Source of the DNA: Octopus bimaculoides | Lineage: Eukaryota | Direction of reading: 5' to 3' | Length of the DNA stretch: 64,000 nt | NCBI RefSeq assembly: GCF_001194135.2 | Contig: NC_068981.1 | Coordinates: 49,436,492 to 49,500,491 of the forward strand | Shown: piece after piece, positions 52,901 through 64,000 of the stretch | Layout of the letters: every line of letters starts with the position of its first letter | Position numbering within the stretch: the first letter of the stretch is position 1 | Program-made: the position numbers and the translations under genes | Notes under the pieces: model-generated | Seen by the model: the letters and a program-made list of their open reading frames with translations, nothing else | Told to the model about the DNA's origin: nothing | The model's database searches: none

Positions 52901-53569
52901 AAGACTGTTAATGTCATAATTAACAAAGATAGCACCTATCTATTCATTCTGGAATGTGGTTTAAGAAGTTCAAGCGATACCTGATGTAATTAGAAAATGA
53001 TTTACACAACGGTTTTGAGATATGAAAGACGTTGTTTTATCATTGAATTTCTTAGAGATAGTCTCGCAGCAAATAAGCGAAATTTAAATCAGGTAATCTG
53101 GAAATCCATGGACATGACGTATAGAGATCATTTACATTACATCGAATTGCTTTACATTTATGAATTCCAAATTCATTATTACTTCACTAATAAATAAACT
53201 TTGATCTTGACTTTTAATATAGCAGTTGTTTTCCGTATCCGTTTATCTTCCTTGATTTCTAATAGTTTGTGGGAGTGATGATCAATTATTTGTACTAGGA
53301 TTATTTCTCTGTAATGAATAATGTTTCCTGTAACACTTGATTATCCTTTGTTAGTTTCATTAACGAAAACAGTTATGTTTCTTTAAAATTTCCACTGCAC
53401 TTTGTGCGTGGTAATTTTATACGACTTACTGGAACGTTTCAGCTTATCTATTTTTTTTTCAGATATATTATATTATATATTCCTTTACGTATTCATTCCT
53501 GTTCGTCAGTGGTTTAAATTCCTTTCCATTTATTAAAAAGGTAAAAGAAAAAAAAACTTATAGTTCTTC

Positions 53570-54330
53570 ATAATACTTTTTTGTCGAAGAACACTCGGAG
53601 AAGAAGGTTTCTCCAAAAGATCATTTGTCTCATGTTTTGGAAATGCTGGAAATTTAATTACATATTATTTCAAGAGTTTCCTTCATTTTACATGTGCTTT
53701 CAGTTTGATACATTCCTTAGCTTTATGGCCCACTACCTTGAATATTTTGTATCATTAATGTTTTCTTTCGGTTGTGTTTTGCAACCGCCACTCCTTAATA
53801 AACATATTTTCTTTCGTGTTGAAGCAATTTTATCCTAAATTACTATTCGATAATTTGTAAAAGGTAACTCCAGTTGCTGATATGTCCATAATTATTGTTA
53901 TACAAGGCTGTTATACTATGTTCGCATGTTGTCATGCAGAAACATATACCGTTAGGTTGGACGCTCTATTGTGTATTCCTATTGTTATTGTTTTCAAGTG
54001 TTTTAATGTATTTGAGATTATTGCAGTATGAATTATTGAATGATTGTCCATTTTTAATTTGACAGGTTATGGGTTGTCGCCCTTTGATTGTTACTTCATC
54101 TGATTTATAAATTATTAAGGAAGAGTTATAAACCCTTTGTCAAGTTGTGCATATTAAAAAATATTTATGGCTTTATTTTAGTTTTCTTTAATTCAATTCC
54201 GTTAATATCTTCAAAGTTCTATAACCACTCTTCGAATTTTGAATTCATTTCTTCTTTATGTTTATTGATTTCTCACATTTCAAAACTTTTTTCTCCTATC
54301 ACTTCATTCCCTCTTTCGGTAATTTCCTTT
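53570..54330 (-). mobile_element. Highly decayed PLE RT remnant
   Basis: Weak minus-strand motifs IYKSDEVTIKGRQPI (for IHK...GRPII), ITALYNN (for DVxSLYTN) and KYVY*GVAV (for YxQxxGxAMG). Confidence 0.35.
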
Positions 54331-54691
54331 TGGTCACACTTTTCAATTTGACATTTTTAAATATAATTTATGTACTCTTGGCCATACCATGTGATATCCG
54401 CTTCCAAGTTTTGAACTGCACGTCATAGTGCGAACATCTTACTGCATAATTGCTGCAGATTTACATATAAATTATTATATTTTCACTGCGAGTCATTGTC
54501 TTTCTTTAAAATGGAATTCAGTAATTAAGGACTGGTCTAAAAACTATTCCACAGTTGCATCGACTACAGTATTGGGCTATAAATTTTACTGTTCTTGAAA
54601 ATAATTTAGTATATATATATATACAGATTCTGCTGGTTGTCACAGGATATAATCGGTCATAATGTCTTACGTTTAAGATGATTCCCATGCT

Positions 54692-54775
54692 TTCCCTGAT
54701 GAGAAGGTTACAATTTTAATATCAAAGATCCCTATGGATCACACAGGTTGTAATCCTTTGAAACATATGTAGGAA
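54692..54775 (+). ncRNA. Type I hammerhead ribozyme with intact core and extended stem II
   Basis: TTCC(54692-95)-CTGATGA(54696-702)-GAAGG.TTACAA...TTGTAA.T.CCTTT-GAA-ACATATGT-A(54771)-GGAA. Stem I 4 bp, stem II 11 bp with one bulge, palindromic stem III, GUA triplet. Confidence 0.8.
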
Positions 54776-55998
54776 TAAAGTATGCAATTATAACATGCGT
54801 TTTCTCCAATCCTTAAATATACTCAAATACCCAAAATTTCAAGGACTTCCTGCCTTAAAAACAGGAGCTAACCACAGTTATTTTGTGTGCTTTGCTACAT
54901 TGGTTTCTATTAACCCATTTATTCTATCAGAAGAATTTTTATTCATTAAGATAGAAGAAATACACATAATTATATATATATATATATGTATATATGTATA
55001 TATATATATATAATATAATATAGGATAAAATCTTTNNNNNNNNNNNNNNNNNNNNNNNNNNNNNNNNNNNNNNNNNNNNNNNNNNNNNNNNNNNNNNNNN
55101 NNNNNNNNNNNNNNNNNNNNNNNNNNNNNNNNNNNNNNNNNNNNNNNNNNNNNNNNNNNNNNNNNNNNNNNNNNNNNNNNNNNNNNNNNNNNNNNNNNNN
55201 NNNNNNNNNNNNNNNNNNNNNNNNNNNNNNNNNNNNNNNNNNNNNNNNNNNNNNNNNNNNNNNNNNNNNNNNNNNNNNNNNNNNNNNNNNNNNNNNNNNN
55301 NNNNNNNNNNNNNNNNNNNNNNNNNNNNNNNNNNNNNNNNNNNNNNNNNNNNNNNNNNNNNNNNNNNNNNNNNNNNNNNNNNNNNNNNNNNNNNNNNNNN
55401 NNNNNNNNNNNNNNNNNNNNNNNNNNNNNNNNNNNNNNNNNNNNNNNNNNNNNNNNNNNNNNNNNNNNNNNNNNNNNNNNNNNNNNNNNNNNNNNNNNNN
55501 NNNNNNNNNNNNNNNNNNNNNNNNNNNNNNNNNNNNNNNNNNNNNNNNNNNNNNNNNNNNNNNNNNNNNNNNNNNNNNNNNNNNNNNNNNNNNNNNNNNN
55601 NNNNNNNNNNNNNNNNNNNNNNNNNNNNNNNNNNNNNNNNNNNNNNNNNNNNNNNNNNNNNNNNNNNNNNNNNNNNNNNNNNNNNNNNNNNNNNNNNNNN
55701 NNNNNNNNNNNNNNNNNNNNNNNNNNNNNNNNNNNNNNNNNNNNNNNNNNNNNNNNNNNNNNNNNNNNNNNNNNNNNNNNNNNNNNNNNNNNNNNNNNNN
55801 NNNNNNNNNNNNNNNNNNNNNNNNNNNNNNNNNNNNNNNNNNNNNNNNNNNNNNNNNNNNNNNNNNNNNNNNNNNNNNNNNNNNNNNNNNNNNNNNNNNN
55901 NNNNNNNNNNNNNNNNNNNNNNNNNNNNNNNNNNNNNNNNNNNNNNNNNNNNNNNNNNNNNNNNNNNNNNNNNNNNNNNNNNTATATATATATATATA

Positions 55999-56261
55999 GG
56001 CCTAGGAGTTGCTGTGTCGTAAGTAGCTTGCGTACGATCTACATGGCTCTGGGTTCAGTCCAACTGCGTGGCACCTTGAGCATGTGTCTCTACTATAGCC
56101 TCGGGCCGACCGAAGCCTTGTGAGTGGATTTGGTAAACGGAAACTGAAAGCTCGTCGTATATATGCATATATATTTATGCATATGTGTGTGTTTGTGTTG
56201 TGTGTGTTTGTCCTCTCAACATCGCTTGACAACCGATGTTGTTGTTTTTACGCCCCCGTAA
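55999..56261 (+). mobile_element. SINE family A, 5' two-thirds
   Basis: A-box-like GTTGCTGTGTCGT, B-box-like GGGTTCAGTCC, and the core gggccgaccgaagccttgtgagtggatttggtaaacggaaactgaaag. Confidence 0.85.
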
Positions 56262-56379
56262 CACACACACATACACACACACATACACACACACACACAC
56301 CTGCGCCCAAGCACATACCCACACATACACACACATACATTTTTCTCTTGCACTCTCCTGTCTTTGAAAAAACTTTTTC

Positions 56380-56610
56380 TTCATCCTTTCCCTTCCGGTC
56401 ATTTCAATATGTTGCCGCGTGTGTATCGTTGGCGATTTTCTTTCTCCGTCATCCCTTCTTTGGACTTTTTGTATAGCTCTGAGGAAGAGCTCCTCTCGAA
56501 ACGTGAAATCCTCTTTCTTTTCTTTCCTTTCCTGAGCGTCCAATAACACTGTACTTATTCCACGTCCTCGCGTTGTTGTCTTTTTCTTGCTTGCTCATGT
56601 TTGGATTGAC
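56380..56610 (+). mobile_element. Probable PLE pseudo-LTR remnant with a hammerhead-like motif
   Basis: Pyrimidine-rich sequence containing CTGAGGA-A-GAG-CTCCT-CTC-GAAACGT (56479-56504); ends at (TA)n. Confidence 0.45.
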
Positions 56611-56730
56611 TATATATATATATATACACCTATATCAAAATCAAAATCGTAAAATTAATAAATGAGGGCTCACAATAGCATCTACAGTTATTAGTAGTGA
56701 GAGCCGCGTTGTCTCTTTAAACAAGACACT

Positions 56731-56740
56731 TTGTTGTTGC

Positions 56741-56778
<38 letters not shown>

Positions 56779-56852
56779 CGGTCACCGATTGGAATCGAAC
56801 TCCGAATCTTGGAGTTAGTAGCCCGCGCTCTTAACCACTACGCCATAAGCCC
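56731..56852 (-). pseudogene. tRNA-like SINE head or tRNA pseudogene with an (AAT)n tail
   Basis: Minus strand GGGCTTA-TGGCGTAGTGG (A box)...CTACTAA loop...GAGTTCGATTCC (B box)...GTGACC, then (AAT)n. Acceptor and anticodon stems are imperfect. Confidence 0.65.
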
Positions 56853-57694
56853 GTGGGCATATTCACCTGAAAGCGTTACCGACGGGCTAAGTAACGCAAT
56901 GACAAGTCGAATTATCATAAGATCGTCCACACTACAATAAAATTAACTTAGTTTCTCACGAAGGATGAAGAGAATAGTTAACTTAATTGGAATAAGAACT
57001 CAGAACTTAAAATGCCGTATTCATATACCACTCTAGATATTTCTTGTCTCTATAATTGTGCTTAAGAACATTGACAACATATTCGATGATATCAATTTTC
57101 AATATGATTCTCGGTTTAGACTTATATGTCAGTGAGCATCATATCCGATGTTCTTTCTATGCGTTTTTCGTAGCCTATTGTGTCATAAGCTTTTGTTTCA
57201 CTTCCATCGCTTCATAGCCATCTTACTTACGTTCTCGACGGTATAACTCAGGAGGGAGATACTAAATAATACATAGATTATCTAGCGTAAATATTATTTT
57301 GTAATATGATATTTTTGCAATGACAGCTTTTTTATTGATGTGATATAAAGTGTAGCGTATTTGTGTTGAAATCAATAGTGGCAAATCAAGATATTTATTA
57401 CACTCAACTTATATTTGACATGGGATCCTTTTTTACAGTGAGATATTTTAAGCTATTTTTTCATCCAACAATTACTAGATTTATACAGCAAAGATGATGT
57501 CACAATACTCTCGGATATACCTGAAATCCTCTCTCATCGGAAGTGTCCTAAATGCAATCTCACATAATTCAGTTTCTCCGTAAATTTTCTTGAGATTTAA
57601 ACGTCAGCAAATTTTTATCTTTCAAAGAAAAGTTTGGTAAGTTTGATTTCTGATCGCAGCAATCTGGTATCTAATATTTAGATTGCTGTCTCTT

Positions 57695-58947
57695 TCGAGC
57701 GTGTACCCCAAAGAAATCGGAATTTTGCAATATCATTTTATCCGCTCAGTTTTACATGTTTACACTCTTATCGCCTCCAAAGTATTCTCCATTTGAAGCA
57801 ATGCATCGGTCCAGACACGTTTTCTATTTTTTGAAGCATTCCTGGAACTCTTTCAACACCGTCGTCTTTTTCTTCACTTCTATATCTGCAAGGCATTTTC
57901 CTTCAGGGAATGTTTTCATTCAGAGGAATAAAAAATGTCGCAAGGAACAAGATCGGGTGAGTAGGGAGAGTGGGTAAGCGGGCTCCTGCAATTTTTTTTT
58001 ATCAAAAACTGTCTCACAGTGAAGGCGGCGTTTATACCGGTGCATTATCGCAATGAAACCACCATTCTCCACTTTGCGTCTCGCAACACCTTCAGAACTT
58101 CCAAGAAAAATGTATGGTCAACAGTTTGGCTGGGAGGAACTAATGCTGTGTGCACAATTCCTGTCACACTGATGAAACTAATCAGCATTGTTCTGACATT
58201 GGACTTCACTTGACGCGCTTTTGAGTGCATGGTGACTTTGGATTCCCAATTGATTTGGTTATTCCGTTTTCGGGTCGTAGCGGTAGCACCACTTACGTCA
58301 CCAGTGATGACCTTTGTATAACGGTCCTGATCAACTACCAACAGTTCCTTCAGTTCACGACGCGCATTCAGTCGTGACTGATTTTGATGTTCTTTGAGCA
58401 GCGAGGCACAATTTTTACTGCTACTCTCTTCATTCGAAATTTCTCTCTTAGAATTCGTTAGAAAGAGCTGCTGGACACACCAGCCATATCAACAAATTGA
58501 TAAATTATTCGGCGGCGGTTCTCCAAGTTCAGATCATGAATTTTCGCGATGTTTTCTTTCGTTCGGGTGGCCCTGAACTAGGTTGGTCTTCAATTGAGAA
58601 GTGACCATTCCTAAAGCGTGAAAACCATTCGTAAGCTTGTGTTTGCTCGTGTCAGCGTCCTTGTAAGCTGTTTGAAGCATGACAACTGCTTCGGCCGCTG
58701 TTTTCTCCAGCAAAGTAGCAGAATTTCAGGGAAGTACGCGTCGTTTCAGTCATCACAAAATTGGACGTTTAGGAGAGAAACACTGCAAAATAAAGACCCA
58801 CCACCACGTGACAGTACGACTGTAGAGGTTGACGCCGGACGACAGACTGATGCCTGAAGTTTGCATCAAGTAGCTTCTAGCGCCAGGGACCTGATTACGA
58901 AAGTGTTGTCCCATAGAGAATGCTTGCAGTTAATTTTGGATCTCGTA
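57695..58947 (-). mobile_element. Inactivated mariner transposon (separate family)
   Basis: Minus frames VMLQTAYKD...EWFSRFRNGHFSIEDQP, TKVITGD, KSNVRTMLISFISVTGIVH...VPPSQTVDHTFFLEVLK, and FQECFKK...RCIASNGEYF. Termini are only weakly TIR-like. Confidence 0.85.
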
Positions 58948-59711
58948 TCTTTCATAGCTTTTCATGGAACTGCAGAAAGTGAAGGTGTCGATTGACTCGT
59001 AATAAGAAGATTCTACGAGATCGATATACATCAGAGATGAAGTACGACACATCATACAGCTAATCACATCACACCGACTTCAAAAAGGAAGGATATTTAG
59101 CAGCCCATGCAATGTAAATCAATGTTTGTTAATGATGAAATGCATTTTATTTTAATTCTTTTCGGCCAAGATTGGACTATGTTAAACTACAACAACAACT
59201 GGTAATTGTTCATCAAACCTGAATCGATGAACTAAATAAACCTCTGAGATAGATGGATGGACACGCAAGTTATATCAATGTAGGTAATTACCGCAAGCCA
59301 TTTGTTTTACATGACACACTACAGACCAAAATTAATAGTGCTACTTACAAATATTTTCACATATCTATTCTCACGCGGGCAAGATGTGCACAAGCTCTTA
59401 TAATACCAGGAATGGTATGTTGTTATACAGTCGTTTCATGGTGTGGAACAAGGTAAAATTGTCATCTTGCAGAAATCCTCGTGTTCGAAAAGATGTTTTC
59501 AAATGGCAATGCAGTATAATTGATATATGCAAACACGCATTCTTTTCTTTTGTGCATCAAACGTTTTATTCAGTATAAACATTTTCTTCAGCGAGTATGT
59601 TGACTGCTTTGAAGCTTTGAAAAACTTTTCAATATCCACATGTGTTGCTTTGGATCCTGAATTTGATTAATGCTTTTTATGTCCAGTTATAGAAAGGCCG
59701 TTTTTATTTAA

Positions 59712-60826
59712 TACTAGCAGAGGCACCCGGCGTTGCTCGGGAATGAAATTGTTGCTTATATACTTGAAGAAAAAAAGGCAAAATATGCTGTATAGAAATT
59801 TGAGGATATTCTGTAGATGGACTCTCAGATGAATGCTGGCTAGCCGCCTCTCATGAATGGGGAAAATTGAAGATGTGCCAAAAAGCCTCATTGGTACTTG
59901 GAAACTTTTACGAAAATTAAAACGGGGATTAAATGAAAAAAATGATTTACGTGAATATCCTCACAAGAGTAATTGAAATAAATGGCGATTGTGGAACCCC
60001 CCACGCACGCACGCTCGCGCACGCGCATACACACGTGTGTCTTTGTAAATATGTTTGTATAAATTTATGTATGTGTGTGTTTGTAAGATACAGAGTGTGA
60101 GTGAGTCAAGGGGTGTGTGTGCGTGTGTATGTGTGTGAGACAGTNNNNNNNNNNAGAGAGAGAGGTTTATTGTCATGTATATGCACATGCATAAATATAC
60201 ATACATCTTTGGATGTATGCATATGACAACGTGTTTGTAAGAGACAGAGTGTGAGTGAGAGAGTGAGGTTTGTTGTCATGTATACGTACATGCATAAATA
60301 TACATACATCTTTGAATGTATGCATATGACAACACAGCCCTTGACTCACACACACTCTGTCTCTTACAAACACGCACGCGCGCGCATACACACGTGTGTC
60401 TTTGTAAATATGTTTGTATAAATTTATGTATGTGTGTGTTTGTAAGATACAGAGTGTGAGTGAGTCAAGGGGTGTGTGTGCGTGTGTATGTGTGTGAGAC
60501 AGTGAGAGAGCGGTGTGCATGTAGTATTTACTTTCTCTCTCTCTCTCTCTCATACACACGAACACACACACTCACACACAAAATAGAGAGTGAAAGCTTT
60601 TTGCCGTTGTTACGTCAATACCGGAAGTTGACATTGAGGAACCTTTTTAAAGAAGTGAATCTTAAATATAAAGCAATATTATTTATTTTTAATTAAAAAA
60701 ATCAAATGAAGAGCCTAAGATTTATCCGAGGTCAAATTATTCATGTATTACAAGTATGGAAGCATTTGGTGAAGTCGATTTCACGTGAAAAGCGATTACA
60801 CACACATCTCTGTTTTATATATAGTA
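59712..60826 (+). mobile_element. Non-autonomous Helitron/HINE (DINE-1-like) element with internal tandem repeats
   Basis: Starts TACTAGCAGAGGCACCCGGCGTTGCTCGGG (ACTAG plus a short CCCG...CGGG hairpin). Repeated ~140 bp and ~70 bp units lie at 60000-60500, and it ends near ttttatatatag. The 3' boundary is uncertain. Confidence 0.6.
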
Positions 60827-62524
60827 TAAATAAGCAACTTAACTTTATTATTCAGATATCGTAATACAATATTCATGGTTAACAAATAAAAGAATTGTGT
60901 AATATTTTAATTAATATAGTCTTCGATACAAAACTATTACATGCAGCATCTTTTTCTATATTACCAATTAATCATCACTTTTTTTTTTTAAACCAGATAT
61001 ATTTTCCTATATTATATTGCAGATTAATGCAACCTATCGTGGAATAAATTTCAAATAAATTTCAAACCCGTTACGGATATGTTCTCCATAATTGGCGTAA
61101 TGTTAATTTCAATCTCAAATTAACAGTCTTGCAAAAGATAATGTTTGATTAATTCAGTATTCTGTTCGTATACTGTGATATTTCATCGTAACATATAATT
61201 AAAAAGGGTATGATGTAGCCTTTAAATGCTAGTTTAAGTTATTTATTTGGTTTATAGGGAAATTGATCATTCCGATATTTAGTAGAGGTATTCCAAACGA
61301 GACATTTCTCCATTTATTCTTATATAATTGAAAAGCGCAACTTAAATATAAAATGCCACAAAATACAGCATAAATATTAAACCAAGTCACTACAACAAAA
61401 ATAATTACGTCAAAAAGATGAAACAAACGGCTACAATTTTGATAAAAGAAACTTTAAATATATTTCACTAAAACAAGCATATAAAAATAATGAATCTGAA
61501 ACGAATTAATTTAAAATGAGCGAAAACCACTAAAATTAACCTAGCTAATCAGATGTTCGGCTAATCACACAAACCTTCAATAAAGTAAAACTAAGAGTGC
61601 TATTTAATGTCACTAATGAATAAAACTTCTTGAAATGAAGGTAACTGCTAGGAAAATATATTAATACATGGAATTATAAAATTGCAGCTAGCTAATATCT
61701 AAATCCCATTTTAAGAACAGCCGGTTTATTATAGCCAATTTAAAGTCGGTGTTTTAACCATAATTTTAAGGTAATGATTTTAACGTATTCATGGAAATAT
61801 ATAGCTGTTTTTTAAAATTGTTTGTGCTATCACATGTAAATTAGTGCCTCCCATTAAATAGAAATGTATAAATGATCAGTTCTGAATGTCTTTGAAAGCT
61901 GGTATCTTAGAAACCTCTATTATTTCTAAATCGAATGCTCTCACTGTCGGAACACAGCAGATTATACGATAAGGAAAATAATTTGTATTTAACATACAAA
62001 TGTATGCATATTTTTTTTTATTTTTAATCAATCATAGATGTAAAAAATTGTTAGGAAGTAAAAAACAATAATTTTGCACATACGCGTAGAAACCTAAACG
62101 CGTGTGATTATATATGCATACACACATACATTCATGCTCAAGCGTACATAAAGACGCACGCACACACACACACATACACACATACACACACACACATACA
62201 CCCCCCCCCACACACACACACACACTACCAAATTCAAAACGCTCTGTTCGAATGAAGTTATTTAATTGAATGTCCATCCATAGCTGAGATTTTGCTCAAC
62301 TTACAATACGCAGTGACTTCAACGAAATGGAAGTAGTTACGTACATACATCCAGACACACATGCACACTTATATATATGTGTGTGTGTTTGTGTAAGCAT
62401 ATGTGTGTGTGCGCGTGTGTGCGGCTATGCAAGAGTGAATGAGAGTGATTCTATCATTATTGATGGAATGAAGATACTTAATGGTGCGCGTTGCTCAAAG
62501 CAGGGACTTGTAACGCTCACACAG

Positions 62525-62723
62525 AATTTTTACTCTAGGCACAAGGCCCGAAATTTTTGGGGAGGGAGTCAGTCGATTAGATCGACTCCAGTACGCAACT
62601 AGTACTTAATTTTTCAACCCCAAAACGATGAAAGGCAAAGTCGGCCTCGGCGGAATTTGAACTTAGAACGAAATATTGCTAAGCATTTCGCCTGACGTGC
62701 TAACCTTTCTGCCAGCTCGCCGA
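62525..62723 (-). mobile_element. SINE family B
   Basis: Minus head GGCGAGCTGGCAGAAAGGTTAGCACG...CTAAGTTCAAATTCCGCCGAGG (B-box-like); shares its core with 24158 and 30313. Confidence 0.85.
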
Positions 62724-62899
62724 CTTTGAATCTACTTTAAGTTCACCAACAGGATGTGCGTGTGTATATGTACACATAATTTATCGTTCATCTTTTAATT
62801 GTTTCAGTCACACGCACACACACATACATAGACACAAACACAAAAAAACACACACATACACAGCCATACATACGTATGTATGTATGTAGGCTCGTCGAA

Positions 62900-63050
62900 T
62901 ATACGAAGGGTTCCTTTCACTTTCTGTCTAATTTATCCACTTAAAAGGATTAGTTGGCCCAGTCTGATAGTAGAAAACACATGCCCTGGGTGCTTTGCAC
63001 TGGGACTGAACCCAGAAAAATGTGGTTGGGAACCAAGGCACCTAGTACAT
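62900..63050 (-). mobile_element. SINE family A, degenerate 5' part
   Basis: gcactgggactgaacccag...atgtggttggga is the reverse complement of the family A B-box region. Confidence 0.6.
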
Positions 63051-64000
63051 AGTTAGGTCTCTTTATTTCTTTTTTTATTTCTCTTTACCTGTGCATTATA
63101 TTCGATTGTTATGCGTATTTACTAGTTTTTATTGAAGACTTTATCCGAGAAATATAATTTACCACAACCCACAGTAAAATCGGACTTGTTTAGGTTATTT
63201 TCTTTTTTAACACAATCTCTGCCTGCCTAAATATATATATATATATTGGTTAATAAATTAAACAATGAATTAATGATTAAAGTAGTACGCTGCGTTTTCG
63301 TGACCGTTTCAAAAGTAAACAATTCAGTAATACTTTTGTCTACGTTAAATAACAAATTTCATATAGACCACCGTTGTCTCTGTGGCTCATCAATTAATAC
63401 ACGCATATACTTTCATACACGCACGCACGCAAAAGCGCGCGCGCACATAAGCGTATTGCACTCACACACAGAGACATTTCTGGGTATATATATATGAGTG
63501 CGCGCGCGTATTTGCGTTTTGCGCGTATGTGTGAGTTTGTGTCTGTCTGTCTGTCTATCCGTCTGTGTATTTGTGTGTGCGTGTGTTTATGTGTGCGTAG
63601 TTTGTGTACTATATTTTGAGGAACAAATCGAATACAGATTTACATGAAATTTGAAATTTAATATCGTTAAGCATACTAATGAATGGTTTGCAAGTATGCA
63701 TTCAAATGAATAATATGGGAATTGATTTAATAGAAATTTAATTATATGACTGTAATGAAAATAACCAAAGGAGGCTTATAATTATGTTTAAATTTTGTTG
63801 CTTTCCTCACTCTAAGATCTATAACATATTCAAACATCCACAGGATAATTTTTATACCACGCTTCGTAATTCCGGTTGTTTATGCGGCATGATATCACAG
63901 TGGGTATCAGTATGTATACAACTTACATTTTAAGGATGGCATAATATTTATGAAATGTATCGTGTTTTAGTCTGGCTCACTAATATACTAAGATAGATAT

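Noticed and set aside
56777-56852. Functional tRNA-Ser(ACT) gene
   Set aside because: Broken acceptor and anticodon stems, no Ser-type variable arm, and an (AAT)n tail; kept only as a SINE or pseudogene.
59990-60510. CRISPR-like array or prokaryotic system, here or elsewhere in the window
   Set aside because: The repeats are microsatellite-rich tandem units without unique spacers; the DNA is eukaryotic and has no cas-like ORFs.

Overview
AT-rich, microsatellite-dense animal genomic DNA with 11 assembly gaps (about 4.5 kb of N). The SINE and repeat content looks like an octopus (cephalopod) draft scaffold; this is inferred from remembered repeat types, not from a search. I recognise no intact host protein-coding gene, rRNA, functional tRNA or CRISPR array, so the window is probably intronic or intergenic. 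It is a mosaic of decayed mobile elements: four mariner (DD34D) remnants, L1/Tx1-, CR1- and RTE-type LINE fragments, at least two lineages of Penelope-like elements (PLEs), many tRNA-derived SINEs, a Helitron/HINE-like element and several foldback structures. The most notable items are: (1) two hammerhead ribozymes with complete catalytic cores and palindromic stem III (54692-54775 +, 19252-19301 -), plus degenerate ones; (2) three copies of an RTE-like LINE 3' end encoding up to three C2H2 zinc fingers; (3) four inverted-repeat structures, one with near-perfect ~340 bp arms. Boundaries and alignments were read by eye and are approximate.
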